A DNA stretch of 64,000 nt from Ignavibacteria bacterium (GTDB lineage Bacteria > Bacteroidota > Ignavibacteria > Tepidaquicellales > OLB5). The DNA is taken from contig JBDTNV010000001.1 of the NCBI GenBank assembly GCA_039933555.1, forward strand, positions 9,819 to 73,818. The letters are read 5' to 3'. A program made the translations under genes and the position numbers. Position 1 is the stretch's first letter. Every line of letters starts with the position of its first letter. This document shows, one piece after another, positions 17,935-27,533 of this stretch. Below the pieces are notes generated by a model. The model was not told the origin of the DNA. It was given only the letters and a program-made list of their open reading frames with translations, and made no database searches.

Positions 17935-18894
17935 ATGGAACCACTTGTAATATCTACATGGAAACACGGAGTTGCCGCCAATGAAAAAGCAATTGAAGTT
18001 ATACTGGCAGGCGGCAGTTCATTAGACGCAGTTGAGCAGGGTGTAAGAGTAGCGGAGGATGATCCTAATGTACTTAGCGTGGGATATGGCGGTCTGCCTG
18101 ACGCTGAGGGCAGAGTAACTCTTGATGCTGCTATAATGGACTGGAAAGCGCGGATTGGCGCGGTAATATGTGTAGAACATATTAAAAATCCGGTTTCTGT
18201 TGCCAGGTTGATACTTGAAAACACTGAGCATGTCTGCTTAGCAGGCGAGGGGGCTTACAATTTTGCAATTACCAACGGTTTCCAGCCTGATATTCTGCAT
18301 ACCGAGGGTTCAATTAAAAAGTATATCGAGTGGAAAAAGGGAAACTTTGGAAGGTCGCAGGAATTCCATACTGATGAGTATAAGGTAAAAAAATCAAACG
18401 GACTTGGAATTAATGATGACGGCAATCATGATACTATCGGAATGGTTGCAATCGATAAGGACGGTAATATTTCTGCTTCATGCACTACCAGCGGTACAGC
18501 CTGGAAACTTCACGGCAGAGTAGGTGATACGCCGATAATTGGAGCGGGATTGTACGTTGATGGTGAAGTCGGCGGCGCGGCATCAACAGGAAGAGGCGAA
18601 GAATGTGTTAGGGCATGCGGAAGCTTTCTGGTTGTTGAAATGATGGCGCAGGGCATGTCACCACAGGAAGCATGTGAGTATGCAGTTAAGCGCGTGATTA
18701 AACTGAACCTGCTTTCTCACAAGAACCGTGACCATGATTACCAGGTTGGTTTCATTGCCGTAAATGTAAAGGGTGAATTTGGAGCTGCCAGTGTCAGGGA
18801 AGGCTTTGAATACGCTTTATACAGAAAAGGTAAGAATACCCTAACAAAAAGTAAATACATTATTGATGAAAAATTTGAAATAGAAGACCTTTGA
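17935..18894 (+). CDS. Glycosylasparaginase / isoaspartyl peptidase (Ntn-hydrolase, asparaginase-2 family)
   Basis: Autoprocessing site HDTIGMVAIDKDGNISASCTTSG and GAGLYVD..GGAASTGRGEE are typical of the family. Confidence 0.85.
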   Translation: MEPLVISTWKHGVAANEKAIEVILAGGSSLDAVEQGVRVAEDDPNVLSVGYGGLPDAEGRVTLDAAIMDWKARIGAVICVEHIKNPVSVARLILENTEHVCLAGEGAYNFAITNGFQPDILHTEGSIKKYIEWKKGNFGRSQEFHTDEYKVKKSNGLGINDDGNHDTIGMVAIDKDGNISASCTTSGTAWKLHGRVGDTPIIGAGLYVDGEVGGAASTGRGEECVRACGSFLVVEMMAQGMSPQEACEYAVKRVIKLNLLSHKNRDHDYQVGFIAVNVKGEFGAASVREGFEYALYRKGKNTLTKSKYIIDEKFEIEDL

Positions 18895-20666
18895 TAATAT
18901 TAAAAGACGCATACGTACTTACATTTAACAGGAATAACGATTTCGGAAGATATTCTATTCTGCTAAATGATAATAAAATAACAGATATGGCTGATGCAAC
19001 AGCCAAGGGAAATGCAAAGGTTGAAAATTGGATCGCGCAATACCATGGTACTGCCGAGATAATCGACTGCTCAAAGAAGATCATCATGCCTCCTTTGGTA
19101 AATTCCTGTTTGCGCTCCGAAGGCAGTCTTCTTCATTATCTTTTAAAACGCAGGCATTACGAAAAAGCTGAAGAAGACCTGTGTACTGATCTTATATTCA
19201 ATTACCTATACCAGGAGCTCTCAGGAGATACAATTCAGAATGACCTGATGAATATTTATGAATATTCATTTAACCGCTCGCTGAAATCAGGAGTGGCATA
19301 TTTGAACGAGGTCTCACTTCGCAAGGATACCAATCACCTTGTACCAATTACAAATGCAGTTAAAAAAACCGGGCAGAATATTTCTGTCTGCTACCCCATC
19401 AAACAGGATGCTAATACTATTCGCGATTACAAATACCTGAATCCTTCATTTTACGTTACCCAGGAAAATCTTTTAACAGTTTACGATATTTCAGGTATTA
19501 CGGAATTAAAGAGTATAAATTTAAGGGACCTGTACCTGGAAGTTGCTGTAAATAAAGATATTACAGAACAATTCAGGCAGACTTTTCATAAATCGGTGAT
19601 ATCATTATTCGATGAATACGGGTTGATAGATTCGCACACATCGCTTATCAATCCATTATACCTTGATTACAATGATCTGAAAATAATCAAAGATAAAAAG
19701 GCAAACATAATAATCTGTCCGCGCGATCTGAATTATTTTACTACACGTTATTTTCCCATCGATGATTATATAGGCCATGGCATCCAATTTTCAATCGGCA
19801 CCGGGTGGCTTGGCGAGGATATTCTGAAAGAAATGAGACTCTTCAGGAACAAATACAAAGATCTGAATCTTTCAAGTAGCCAGCTTCTTGATTCTGTCAC
19901 ACGCACTCCGCACTCAATATTTTTTGATGGAAATTCAGAGGGAGAAAACAGCTACAAAATAGATGTTAACAAACCCGCCACTTTCTGCTTTATTGATATA
20001 TCAGACCTTAGGTTCCAGTTTTTCCCGGAAGAATTATCATATTCAGCAGTTTGCGATTTTATTGTTGATAACCTTAGTTCTTACAACATAAGTGATGTAA
20101 TGATCGGGGGAGTATTCAAAATCAGGGATAATAAAATCCTGAATATAGAAGAAAAGGAGCTAGTAGAGAGAGTCAATGAAACCAGAGAGAATCTTTATAA
20201 GACAGGTAAGTATGAAGAGCTTAAAAAGAAGAAACAGGAACGGGAGTCTTCTGAAAAGCTGGATATGACAGGGAGAACTGATGACGAGATAAAGCTCTTT
20301 TCTGAAAAGCCGGAAGCTGAAGGGGAAAACGAAGATGATAAAGATGAGTTCAGGATAAAAACCAAAATTCCTGTGTTCAGGCCAAAGAAGATTCCGGGAC
20401 AGAGAAGTCTTTTTGAAGAGTTTGATCATGTCAGTATTGTCCAGTCGGATGATTATCAGCAGACACCAATGCTGAATCTCCTTGTAACAGATCCTGATTC
20501 CAGCAGAGTGGTTGAAGAAGAAATTGTACAGGTAAAGGCTGTTGATGAAACTATCATAAAGCGGCTGGGGAATGAGAGGAAATCTGAAAAACCGGTAATC
20601 CCTGTAAACGCTGAAAGTAAAGTAGAGCTTGCAAAAAATGTGAAGTTGAAATTTGGAGATGATTAA
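18891..20666 (+). CDS. Amidohydrolase-fold-like protein lacking the HxH motif, with a long charged C-terminal tail
   Basis: N-terminus (IILKDAYVLTF..ILLNDNKITDM..IIMPPLVNSCLRS) mimics metal-dependent amidohydrolases, but the HxH position reads SCLRS. The last ~165 aa are K/E/D-rich and low in complexity. The TTG start overlaps the upstream stop (TTGA). Confidence 0.5.
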   Translation: MIILKDAYVLTFNRNNDFGRYSILLNDNKITDMADATAKGNAKVENWIAQYHGTAEIIDCSKKIIMPPLVNSCLRSEGSLLHYLLKRRHYEKAEEDLCTDLIFNYLYQELSGDTIQNDLMNIYEYSFNRSLKSGVAYLNEVSLRKDTNHLVPITNAVKKTGQNISVCYPIKQDANTIRDYKYLNPSFYVTQENLLTVYDISGITELKSINLRDLYLEVAVNKDITEQFRQTFHKSVISLFDEYGLIDSHTSLINPLYLDYNDLKIIKDKKANIIICPRDLNYFTTRYFPIDDYIGHGIQFSIGTGWLGEDILKEMRLFRNKYKDLNLSSSQLLDSVTRTPHSIFFDGNSEGENSYKIDVNKPATFCFIDISDLRFQFFPEELSYSAVCDFIVDNLSSYNISDVMIGGVFKIRDNKILNIEEKELVERVNETRENLYKTGKYEELKKKKQERESSEKLDMTGRTDDEIKLFSEKPEAEGENEDDKDEFRIKTKIPVFRPKKIPGQRSLFEEFDHVSIVQSDDYQQTPMLNLLVTDPDSSRVVEEEIVQVKAVDETIIKRLGNERKSEKPVIPVNAESKVELAKNVKLKFGDD

Positions 20667-20701
20667 ATTACTTACTTTTCTAATTATAAACCCTGATTAA
20701 A

Positions 20702-21085
20702 ATGTATAAAAAACTTTTATGGGTACTAGCAGTAATACTCCTCCTGCTTCTTGGGGATAGGTTTATATTAACGCCAAATGATATCAAAATAGATATGAAA
20801 CCCGAAGTATTGAGAGCAAGCGTGTCTTCAGAAATGACAATAAATATTTATCGTACCAATTTACTTGGTTTCAAGGTCCCTTTCAGTAATATTGACGCTC
20901 AATTTGTAATTGAAGAAGGGAAAAACCTGATAGAGTTAAACGGGGATGGAACAGGTAATAGTGTTATTGTCAGATCGAAGGGGGTTGAAGGGGAAGCATT
21001 CATTGGCATTTACTCTTTAAAGTCCGGTATGCAAATCAGAAAAGTGCTGATCAAGATTCTGCCAAGGGATGTAGCATTAAGGTAG
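20702..21085 (+). CDS. Hypothetical N-terminally anchored protein
   Basis: One N-terminal hydrophobic helix followed by a beta-rich ~95-aa domain; no motif recognised. Confidence 0.4.
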   Translation: MYKKLLWVLAVILLLLLGDRFILTPNDIKIDMKPEVLRASVSSEMTINIYRTNLLGFKVPFSNIDAQFVIEEGKNLIELNGDGTGNSVIVRSKGVEGEAFIGIYSLKSGMQIRKVLIKILPRDVALR

Positions 21086-21086
21086 C

Positions 21087-21380
21087 TTATATTTTTTCAA
21101 CTGATGGCCTGCTTTTTGCGAAATAGAACTTGTAGAAAATAAGTTCAAGTATTGTCAAAAGTCCGAGTGAAAACGCAGCTTTAGTCAATATCCGTGTTAA
21201 TCCTTCTTCAGGGATGAAAAACCCGATTACAAATGCAGAAAAGGTCCAGCCCACTGTAAAAATAATAATTACAAAAATAGTACTTAAGTACGCGCTTACA
21301 GTACTTACCTCAACATAGTTTTTTGCAAATATATAAACAAAGAATACTGCATGAGTGTAAAATACAATTACTTCTATCAT
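21087..21380 (-). CDS. Small integral membrane protein
   Basis: Three hydrophobic helices. Starts 3 nt after the sugar-transferase stop on the same strand. Confidence 0.4.
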   Translation of the reverse strand: MIEVIVFYTHAVFFVYIFAKNYVEVSTVSAYLSTIFVIIIFTVGWTFSAFVIGFFIPEEGLTRILTKAAFSLGLLTILELIFYKFYFAKSRPSVEKI

Positions 21381-21382
21381 AA

Positions 21383-22828
21383 TTAAAATGCCGCCTTAGA
21401 GAAGAACATCTCTTTGATTGTTTTAATGATTATTTTAAGATCAAAAATAATTGACCAGTGTTCAATATAATAAATATCGTACTCAATTCTTTTTTCAAGC
21501 GATGAATCGCTGCCCCTTAAACCGTTAACCTGTGCCCAGCCAGTTATTCCGCATTTTACGCGGTGTCTTTCAAGATATTTCGGAATTTTGCTTTTGAATA
21601 GATTTATAAAATGCTCTCTCTCAGGCCTGGGTCCAACAATACTCATATCACCCTTTAATACATTGATAAACTGTGGAAGCTCATCCAGTGAATATTTTCT
21701 CAACAGTTCCCCTATCTTTGTATACCTCGAGTCACCCTTGGCGACGTAAACAGCTCCGGTATTCTTTTCGGCATCTACTACCATTGAGCGGAATTTTATC
21801 ATGTAAAACTTTTTACCTGTCATACTGAGACGTTCCTGCCTGTAAAAAACGGGCCCCTTTGATGTAAATTTAACCAGAAATGCCAGCAATAGAAATAACG
21901 GAGAAGTAATCAGCATAATAGTTGATGCGAAAGCAACATCAAAACCTCTTTTTAAAATTCTGTTCCAGATGTTCATTGGAATACTCTTAATCTTAAGGAA
22001 TGGGACTCCATCAATTTCCTGTACCCTGACAGATGATGTAATTACTTCCAGGAAATCTGGTGCCATAAGAAATTCCACATTTTCCCCTTCACATGCTTTC
22101 ATCAGTTCTAATAGCTTATCATGCTGTGATGAAGGGATTGTAACAAGAACAGTTTCAATATTCATCTTCTGAATAAGCTGAACAATATCGGTATATGTTC
22201 CCAGTTTAAGTTTCTCTGGTAATAATCCACCGGCTGAGGTGGTCTCTTCAATATATCCTATAATATTAAAACCGGCATATTTATGATCAGAAAATTTCGA
22301 ATAGATATCCAAAGCTGATTGTGTGTTTCCAACTATCAAAGTGTCATTTAATCCTTTACCTTTGTTGTATAGTGTTTTTTCGTATTTTAATACAATATAC
22401 CTGCCAATGGTTATCAGAAAAATAGAAATTATCCAGCTTAGAACGAACACAACACGCGAATATGGAAATATCCTGTAAAAGAACACGAAACCAAATGAGA
22501 AAATAATCCCAAAAGTCACCAGTCTGCCAATCAAGAAAAACTCATCAAAAATAAAAACAATTCTCTTGGGCCTGAAGAGCTTTCTTGATTGGAAAATCAA
22601 TAACCAAACAGGCAAAACCAGTACCGCAAGTACAATATACCCTTTCAACGGGGGGATTTCTCCCATAAAAGGAAATAAGCTTACAAATGGAGAAAAATGG
22701 AATCTTATGAAATATGATATTATGAAAGCACTAATAATAGCAGCAGAGTCTGAAAATATATTCAATAAAGGAATAATGAACTCAGTTCTTTGGGATTTTT
22801 TATTAAATTTCTGGTCTATATAATTCAT
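21383..22828 (-). CDS. Polyprenyl-phosphate hexose-1-phosphate transferase (WbaP/exopolysaccharide priming sugar transferase)
   Basis: N-terminal TM block and a C-terminal bacterial sugar transferase domain (KRGFDV..SPLFLL, GPVFYRQERL, FKFRSM, DELPQFINVLKGDMSIVGPRPE). Confidence 0.88.
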   Translation of the reverse strand: MNYIDQKFNKKSQRTEFIIPLLNIFSDSAAIISAFIISYFIRFHFSPFVSLFPFMGEIPPLKGYIVLAVLVLPVWLLIFQSRKLFRPKRIVFIFDEFFLIGRLVTFGIIFSFGFVFFYRIFPYSRVVFVLSWIISIFLITIGRYIVLKYEKTLYNKGKGLNDTLIVGNTQSALDIYSKFSDHKYAGFNIIGYIEETTSAGGLLPEKLKLGTYTDIVQLIQKMNIETVLVTIPSSQHDKLLELMKACEGENVEFLMAPDFLEVITSSVRVQEIDGVPFLKIKSIPMNIWNRILKRGFDVAFASTIMLITSPLFLLLAFLVKFTSKGPVFYRQERLSMTGKKFYMIKFRSMVVDAEKNTGAVYVAKGDSRYTKIGELLRKYSLDELPQFINVLKGDMSIVGPRPEREHFINLFKSKIPKYLERHRVKCGITGWAQVNGLRGSDSSLEKRIEYDIYYIEHWSIIFDLKIIIKTIKEMFFSKAAF

Positions 22829-23075
22829 CAGAGATTCAAATATATATAATACAAATTCAAAATTATATGATTGAAATTTTCAAGGATTTTAAATTATTTT
22901 TCCGGTTTAACAGTATAATATTATAGCGGTTTATAAAGAAAAACACTATATTGCATTAAATATAATGAATTTATTGTGATTTTCACCAGTAAAATGCTTA
23001 TTTTTTTGAAACTTTTTTATTGTTAAATTGTATAATTATTATTCAGTTTTTATTAATCAACTAGAAAGGGTCAAA

Positions 23076-23480
23076 ATGACTAGATTTAAATTGTTTTTGG
23101 GGTTTTTTGCATTAGTTTTTGTTTTGGGATTAACAACCAACATTAAAGCTCAAAATGGTCCGGCAATGTATTTCTGTGAAAAATACGGATCATCAGGCGA
23201 ACAGTCGATCAGCGACAGGTTTTACGCCGGTCCTATTACCGTTATGGTAAAATGTGACTACGCTTTAGGTTTAAAAGACTGTTCAATCCAGTTTGATAAA
23301 TACAATGGTTACACTTTTGATTATTACAAAAAAGTTGAATTTGATGTTTCTGCCGACATGAAATACATCTATTTTGAATCAAGCGATTTAAGAGTAGATT
23401 CACCCGGTATCTACAGGTGTTTCCTTCTTGATAACAAGAAAAACACTGTAGCAAGCGGTTTAGTTGAATTCATAAGATAA
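23076..23480 (+). CDS. Small secreted protein, YFCE-domain family (paralog of 41294-41701)
   Basis: The internal ATG at 23076 gives the signal peptide MTRFKLFLGFFALVF... Shares YFCE(K/R)Y, ITVMVK and a C-terminal beta-rich pattern with the lipoprotein at 41294-41701. Confidence 0.55.
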   Translation: MTRFKLFLGFFALVFVLGLTTNIKAQNGPAMYFCEKYGSSGEQSISDRFYAGPITVMVKCDYALGLKDCSIQFDKYNGYTFDYYKKVEFDVSADMKYIYFESSDLRVDSPGIYRCFLLDNKKNTVASGLVEFIR

Positions 23481-23503
23481 ACACACTACATCTAAAATTT
23501 AAA

Positions 23504-23530
23504 GGGAGGTTAATTTTAACCTCCCTTTTT
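23504..23530. terminator. Bidirectional rho-independent terminator
   Basis: GGGAGGTTA-attt-TAACCTCCC followed by T5 and preceded by AAA, between convergent genes. Confidence 0.8.
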
Positions 23531-23539
23531 GTTTCACCG

Positions 23540-24172
23540 CTAACGAACCGGTAATAAAACAAAAATTGTTAAATCCCACAATGCATGTGATATCAAACCC
23601 GGCCAAACAGAACGGTACCTTTTAAAGACCCATCCCCAGAACAATCCGCATATTAATGCTGCCATAAAGAGCATAAAATTCATAGCAACAATGTGAACTC
23701 CGCCGTAAATCAAGGATGCAATTATCCAGCCTTTGTTATCACCAAATTTTTCGGCTAGTGTATCCTGAACATATCCACGCCAGAAAACCTCCTCAGCAGG
23801 TCCGATGATAAAAAGCAGGAGTAGTCCTATAACCCGCGGGTCAAGTAATGATTTATTATTGTAAACTCCAACAACCTGCCTATCTGCAAAGGGTAGAATT
23901 AATTTCGATATTATATCACCCGAATAGAATACCAGGTACAGGAATGCGGCTGAGAAGATTCCGATAAGGATAAATTTAGGTTCAAAAACATAAAGTCTGT
24001 AATTGATCGCTTCACCGTTTCTGTGATTAATATAAAGTCCCAGGGCTGCAAGCAGTGATGCTGCTATTGTCATTTCAAGCCAAAAGTTGAAGGTCTTAAG
24101 GACAAACATTTCAAGCCAGAAAAGACAAGCAATAATAATAAGAATAATTAACGGTTTGATTCTGTTTGACAT
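23540..24172 (-). CDS. CPBP-family intramembrane metalloprotease (CAAX protease-like)
   Basis: Polytopic protein with GPAEEVFWRGY (EExxxR) and HALWD (HxxxD) motifs. Confidence 0.8.
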   Translation of the reverse strand: MSNRIKPLIILIIIACLFWLEMFVLKTFNFWLEMTIAASLLAALGLYINHRNGEAINYRLYVFEPKFILIGIFSAAFLYLVFYSGDIISKLILPFADRQVVGVYNNKSLLDPRVIGLLLLFIIGPAEEVFWRGYVQDTLAEKFGDNKGWIIASLIYGGVHIVAMNFMLFMAALICGLFWGWVFKRYRSVWPGLISHALWDLTIFVLLPVR

Positions 24173-24202
24173 TGCTATATTGTTTTGTTTTCAAAAAAAT
24201 GG

Positions 24203-26293
24203 TTATGCTATTTTTATCAGCTCCATCGATTCCTTATAATTGATAAGGAAATGGTTCCTGATATTTGAATTTGTATTTGTTCTCAGTTCGGGGTCTTCTG
24301 CAATAATTCCAAATGCTGCATCCCTTGCCTTTACTATTAATGCCATATCCTTGCCAAGATCGGCAGCTGTGAACTTAAGCTCACCGGATTGCCGTGTACC
24401 GAAAAACTCACCGGGTCCACGGAGCTTCATATCTGTTTCGGATATGACAAACCCATCATTAGTTTCAGTCATTACCTTTAGCCTTTGAGAAGATATCTCA
24501 CCAAGCTTATCTGCGATTAAGATGCAGTATGATTCTTCGGCACCCCGCCCGACTCTTCCGCGTAATTGATGAAGCTGTGAGAGCCCGAAGCGCTGCGCTT
24601 CTTCTATAAGCATAATCGTCGCGTTCGGGATATCGATTCCCACTTCAATTACAGTTGTTGAGACTAAAATATCAATTTTCCTGTCTTTGAATGCTTCAAT
24701 AGTTTCATCAATTTCATTCCACGGCAATTTACCATGCACAAGCCCAAGCTTTAGTTCAGGGAATACCTGTTTCCTGAGCAATTCGTAATGTTCAACCGCT
24801 GATTTCAGGTCAAGCTTTTCAGATTCCTGGATAATTGGATATACTATATATGCCTGGCGTCCTTTAGTAATTTCTTCTTTAATGAATTTGTAAACTTTAA
24901 TTCTGTCAGCTTCAGTTCTTAATGCTGTTTTTACAGGCTTTCGGTTCTTAGGAAGTTCATCAATTACAGATACATCAAGATCGCCATATACTGTAAGCGA
25001 AAGGGTTCTCGGAATTGGTGTAGCGGTCATGACAAGCACATCGGGATTAACGCCCTTGGCTTTAAGCTTTGCCCTTTGCATAACTCCAAATTTATGCTGT
25101 TCATCTATTACAGTAAATCCAAGCTTTTTGAATTCAACCGCTGTTTGGATTAAGGCGTGAGTCCCAACCACTACCTGAGCTTTACCTGTTTTAATTTCAT
25201 CAAGTATTGAATCCCTTAATTTCTTCTTCTGCCCGCCTACAAGAAGAACTGAATTAATTCCAAGTTTTTCAAAATAATACTTCAGTGTTTTAAAATGCTG
25301 TTCTGCCAGTATTTCCGTTGGGCACATAAATGCTGCCTGGTAACCATTTTCAATAGCAACTAAAAAACAGAATACCGCAACAATCGTTTTACCGCTGCCA
25401 ACATCACCCTGCAGAAGCCTGTTCATAGGTTTTGTGGACCTCATATCGCCTATGATCTCTTTGATCACTCTTTTCTGTGCCCCTGTAAGCTCAAAGCCAA
25501 GATGCTCCTTAAACAGCTTTTCAAATTTATCGCCTATTTTTTCAAACTTAATCCCTTTTTCGCCTGAAGCAACTGCCTGTTTCTTCAAAGCCATAACTAA
25601 CTGAAGGTAAAATAGCTCCTCGAATGCAAGTGTTTGCCTTGATGTTTCAATATCTTCAATTGATTTTGGATAGTGTGTCCTTATCAGAGCTGATTTGTGT
25701 TCAAGCAGTCCATGTGCCTCAATCACTTCATTGCTTAATACTTCCGTAATACCGGCGGAGCAATTCTTAATAGCATTAAAAATTATTTTTGTAAGGTTAA
25801 GCGGTTTTATCCAGGTTTTCTTAAGCTCTTCTGATAATATGTAAATCGGTATCAGTGGAAATTTCAGAAGCTCTTCATCGCCTTCCTCAAATCTCTTATG
25901 GTCACGAATATCAAACTTAATATCTCTTTCAAATACATTGTAGGTTACCTTGCCCCAAAAAATATATTCATCACCTATTTTGAATTGTTTTTCCCTGTAA
26001 AATGTATTGCCCCACATCAGTGATTCAATGCTGGCAGTTCCATCAAAGATAACAATTTTAGTAGGGTGATTTGGTTTATATGGAATATATTTATCAATCA
26101 CCTTGCCTCGTATCAACACATTTTTATCGTGATGTTTGGCAAGGCTCCGAATAGTTGAATTAATAAGATAAATTCTCGGGTAAACTGTAAGCAGGTCAGT
26201 TGAATACTTCAAACCAAGTTTTTCAAAGGCCTCGGCACGCTTGGGTCCGACACCCTTGATATACGCTATTTCAGTCTTTTTAACTTGCGGCAA
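24203..26293 (-). CDS. recG: ATP-dependent DNA helicase RecG
   Basis: N-terminal wedge region and SF2 helicase motifs (GDVGSGKT, DEQHKFG, MTATPIPRT, QLRGRVGRG). Length 696 aa. TTG start as listed. Confidence 0.93.
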   Translation of the reverse strand: MPQVKKTEIAYIKGVGPKRAEAFEKLGLKYSTDLLTVYPRIYLINSTIRSLAKHHDKNVLIRGKVIDKYIPYKPNHPTKIVIFDGTASIESLMWGNTFYREKQFKIGDEYIFWGKVTYNVFERDIKFDIRDHKRFEEGDEELLKFPLIPIYILSEELKKTWIKPLNLTKIIFNAIKNCSAGITEVLSNEVIEAHGLLEHKSALIRTHYPKSIEDIETSRQTLAFEELFYLQLVMALKKQAVASGEKGIKFEKIGDKFEKLFKEHLGFELTGAQKRVIKEIIGDMRSTKPMNRLLQGDVGSGKTIVAVFCFLVAIENGYQAAFMCPTEILAEQHFKTLKYYFEKLGINSVLLVGGQKKKLRDSILDEIKTGKAQVVVGTHALIQTAVEFKKLGFTVIDEQHKFGVMQRAKLKAKGVNPDVLVMTATPIPRTLSLTVYGDLDVSVIDELPKNRKPVKTALRTEADRIKVYKFIKEEITKGRQAYIVYPIIQESEKLDLKSAVEHYELLRKQVFPELKLGLVHGKLPWNEIDETIEAFKDRKIDILVSTTVIEVGIDIPNATIMLIEEAQRFGLSQLHQLRGRVGRGAEESYCILIADKLGEISSQRLKVMTETNDGFVISETDMKLRGPGEFFGTRQSGELKFTAADLGKDMALIVKARDAAFGIIAEDPELRTNTNSNIRNHFLINYKESMELIKIA

Positions 26294-26309
26294 GTACGTA
26301 AAATTTATA

Positions 26310-26317
26310 CAAATATA
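26310..26317 (-). promoter_or_regulatory. Putative -7 box (TATATTTG) for recG
   Basis: Reverse complement matches TAnnTTTG, 16 nt upstream of the start. Confidence 0.4.
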
Positions 26318-26413
26318 CCAATTTTAGCTAAAATATCAGAATATTGGAGGGTTTGAAAATCAAAAAATATTGAAAAAACACATTATTTCATATCTCTATA
26401 AGTAAAATTTTGT

Positions 26414-26421
26414 TATTTTTG
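26414..26421 (+). promoter_or_regulatory. Putative -7 box (TATTTTTG) for the wbpB-like gene
   Basis: Matches TAnnTTTG, 20 nt upstream of the ATG at 26441. Confidence 0.4.
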
Positions 26422-26440
26422 TTATTATTTTAATAAATTG

Positions 26441-27382
26441 ATGAAGAAAAACAACTTTGCTTTAATTGGAGCCGGTGGTTTTGTTGCTCCCAGACACCTT
26501 CGTGCAATCAGGGATAATAACCAGAATCTGCTGGCTATACTTGATCCAAATGATTCAGTCGGAGTTATTGATTCATATTTTCCGGATGCCTCTTTTTTTA
26601 CTGAGTTTGAAAGGTTTGACCGCCACTGCGAAAAACTGCGCAGGGAAGGTGACGATAAACGAATAGAATATGTAAGCATTTGCTCTCCAAATTATTTACA
26701 TGATGCTCATATACGTTTTGCATTACGGGCAGATGCGCACGCAATCAGTGAAAAACCGCTTGTGCTAAATCCATGGAACGCTGAGGCGCTGATATCGCTT
26801 GAAATGGAAACAGGCAGGGAGGTCTATACAATTTTACAGTTAAGGCTTCATCCGCAGATAATAGAATTGAAGAAAAAAATTGATGCTGCTAAGAGCAAAA
26901 AGAAATATGATATTGTATTAACATACATAACACCGCGCGGCAAATGGTATCACTATTCATGGAAAGGGGATATGCTGAAATCAGGCGGTATCGCTACAAA
27001 TATCGGTATTCATTTTTTTGATATGCTCTCCTGGATATTCGGCAGTCCCGTATCAAGTACTCTTCATCACTACAAAGAAGATAAAGCGGCAGGATTTATA
27101 GAACTTGAAAATGCAAATGTGCAATGGTTCCTTTCAATAGATAAGAATGACCTCAAAAAAGGAGATAAAACTTTCCGTTCAATTACATTGAACGGCGAGG
27201 AAATAGAATTCTCAGACGGCTTCACGGACCTGCATACCAAAAGCTACACAGAAATATTAAACGGTAACGGCTTCAGGATACATGAGGCAATGCCTTCAAT
27301 TGAAGCAGTATATGAAATTAGGAGCGCAGCACCTGTTGGTTTAAAGGGTGATTATCATCCGTTTCTAAAAAAGATAAAGTAA
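26441..27382 (+). CDS. wbpB: Gfo/Idh/MocA oxidoreductase, WbpB-like (UDP-GlcNAcA 3-dehydrogenase family)
   Basis: Collinear with P. aeruginosa WbpB as recalled: NFALIGAGG..APRH, YVSICSPNYLH, EKPLV, LQLRLHP, LTYITPRGKWY..SWKGD, ATNIGIHFFDML, RSITLNGEEIEFSDGFTDLHT. ATG at 26441 is preferred over the TTG at 26438. Confidence 0.7.
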   Translation: MKKNNFALIGAGGFVAPRHLRAIRDNNQNLLAILDPNDSVGVIDSYFPDASFFTEFERFDRHCEKLRREGDDKRIEYVSICSPNYLHDAHIRFALRADAHAISEKPLVLNPWNAEALISLEMETGREVYTILQLRLHPQIIELKKKIDAAKSKKKYDIVLTYITPRGKWYHYSWKGDMLKSGGIATNIGIHFFDMLSWIFGSPVSSTLHHYKEDKAAGFIELENANVQWFLSIDKNDLKKGDKTFRSITLNGEEIEFSDGFTDLHTKSYTEILNGNGFRIHEAMPSIEAVYEIRSAAPVGLKGDYHPFLKKIK

Positions 27383-27533
27383 GTTAGTTTTCCGGGCTAT
27401 ATATTTAAAGGGTGGATATTTGTTCACCCTTTTTTATATATTTAATAATCTCTTATATATAATCAGATAATTCATTAATTTTGTCACTAAATCAGTAAAA
27501 ATCAATTATAAATAGCTAAAACATTACTTATTA

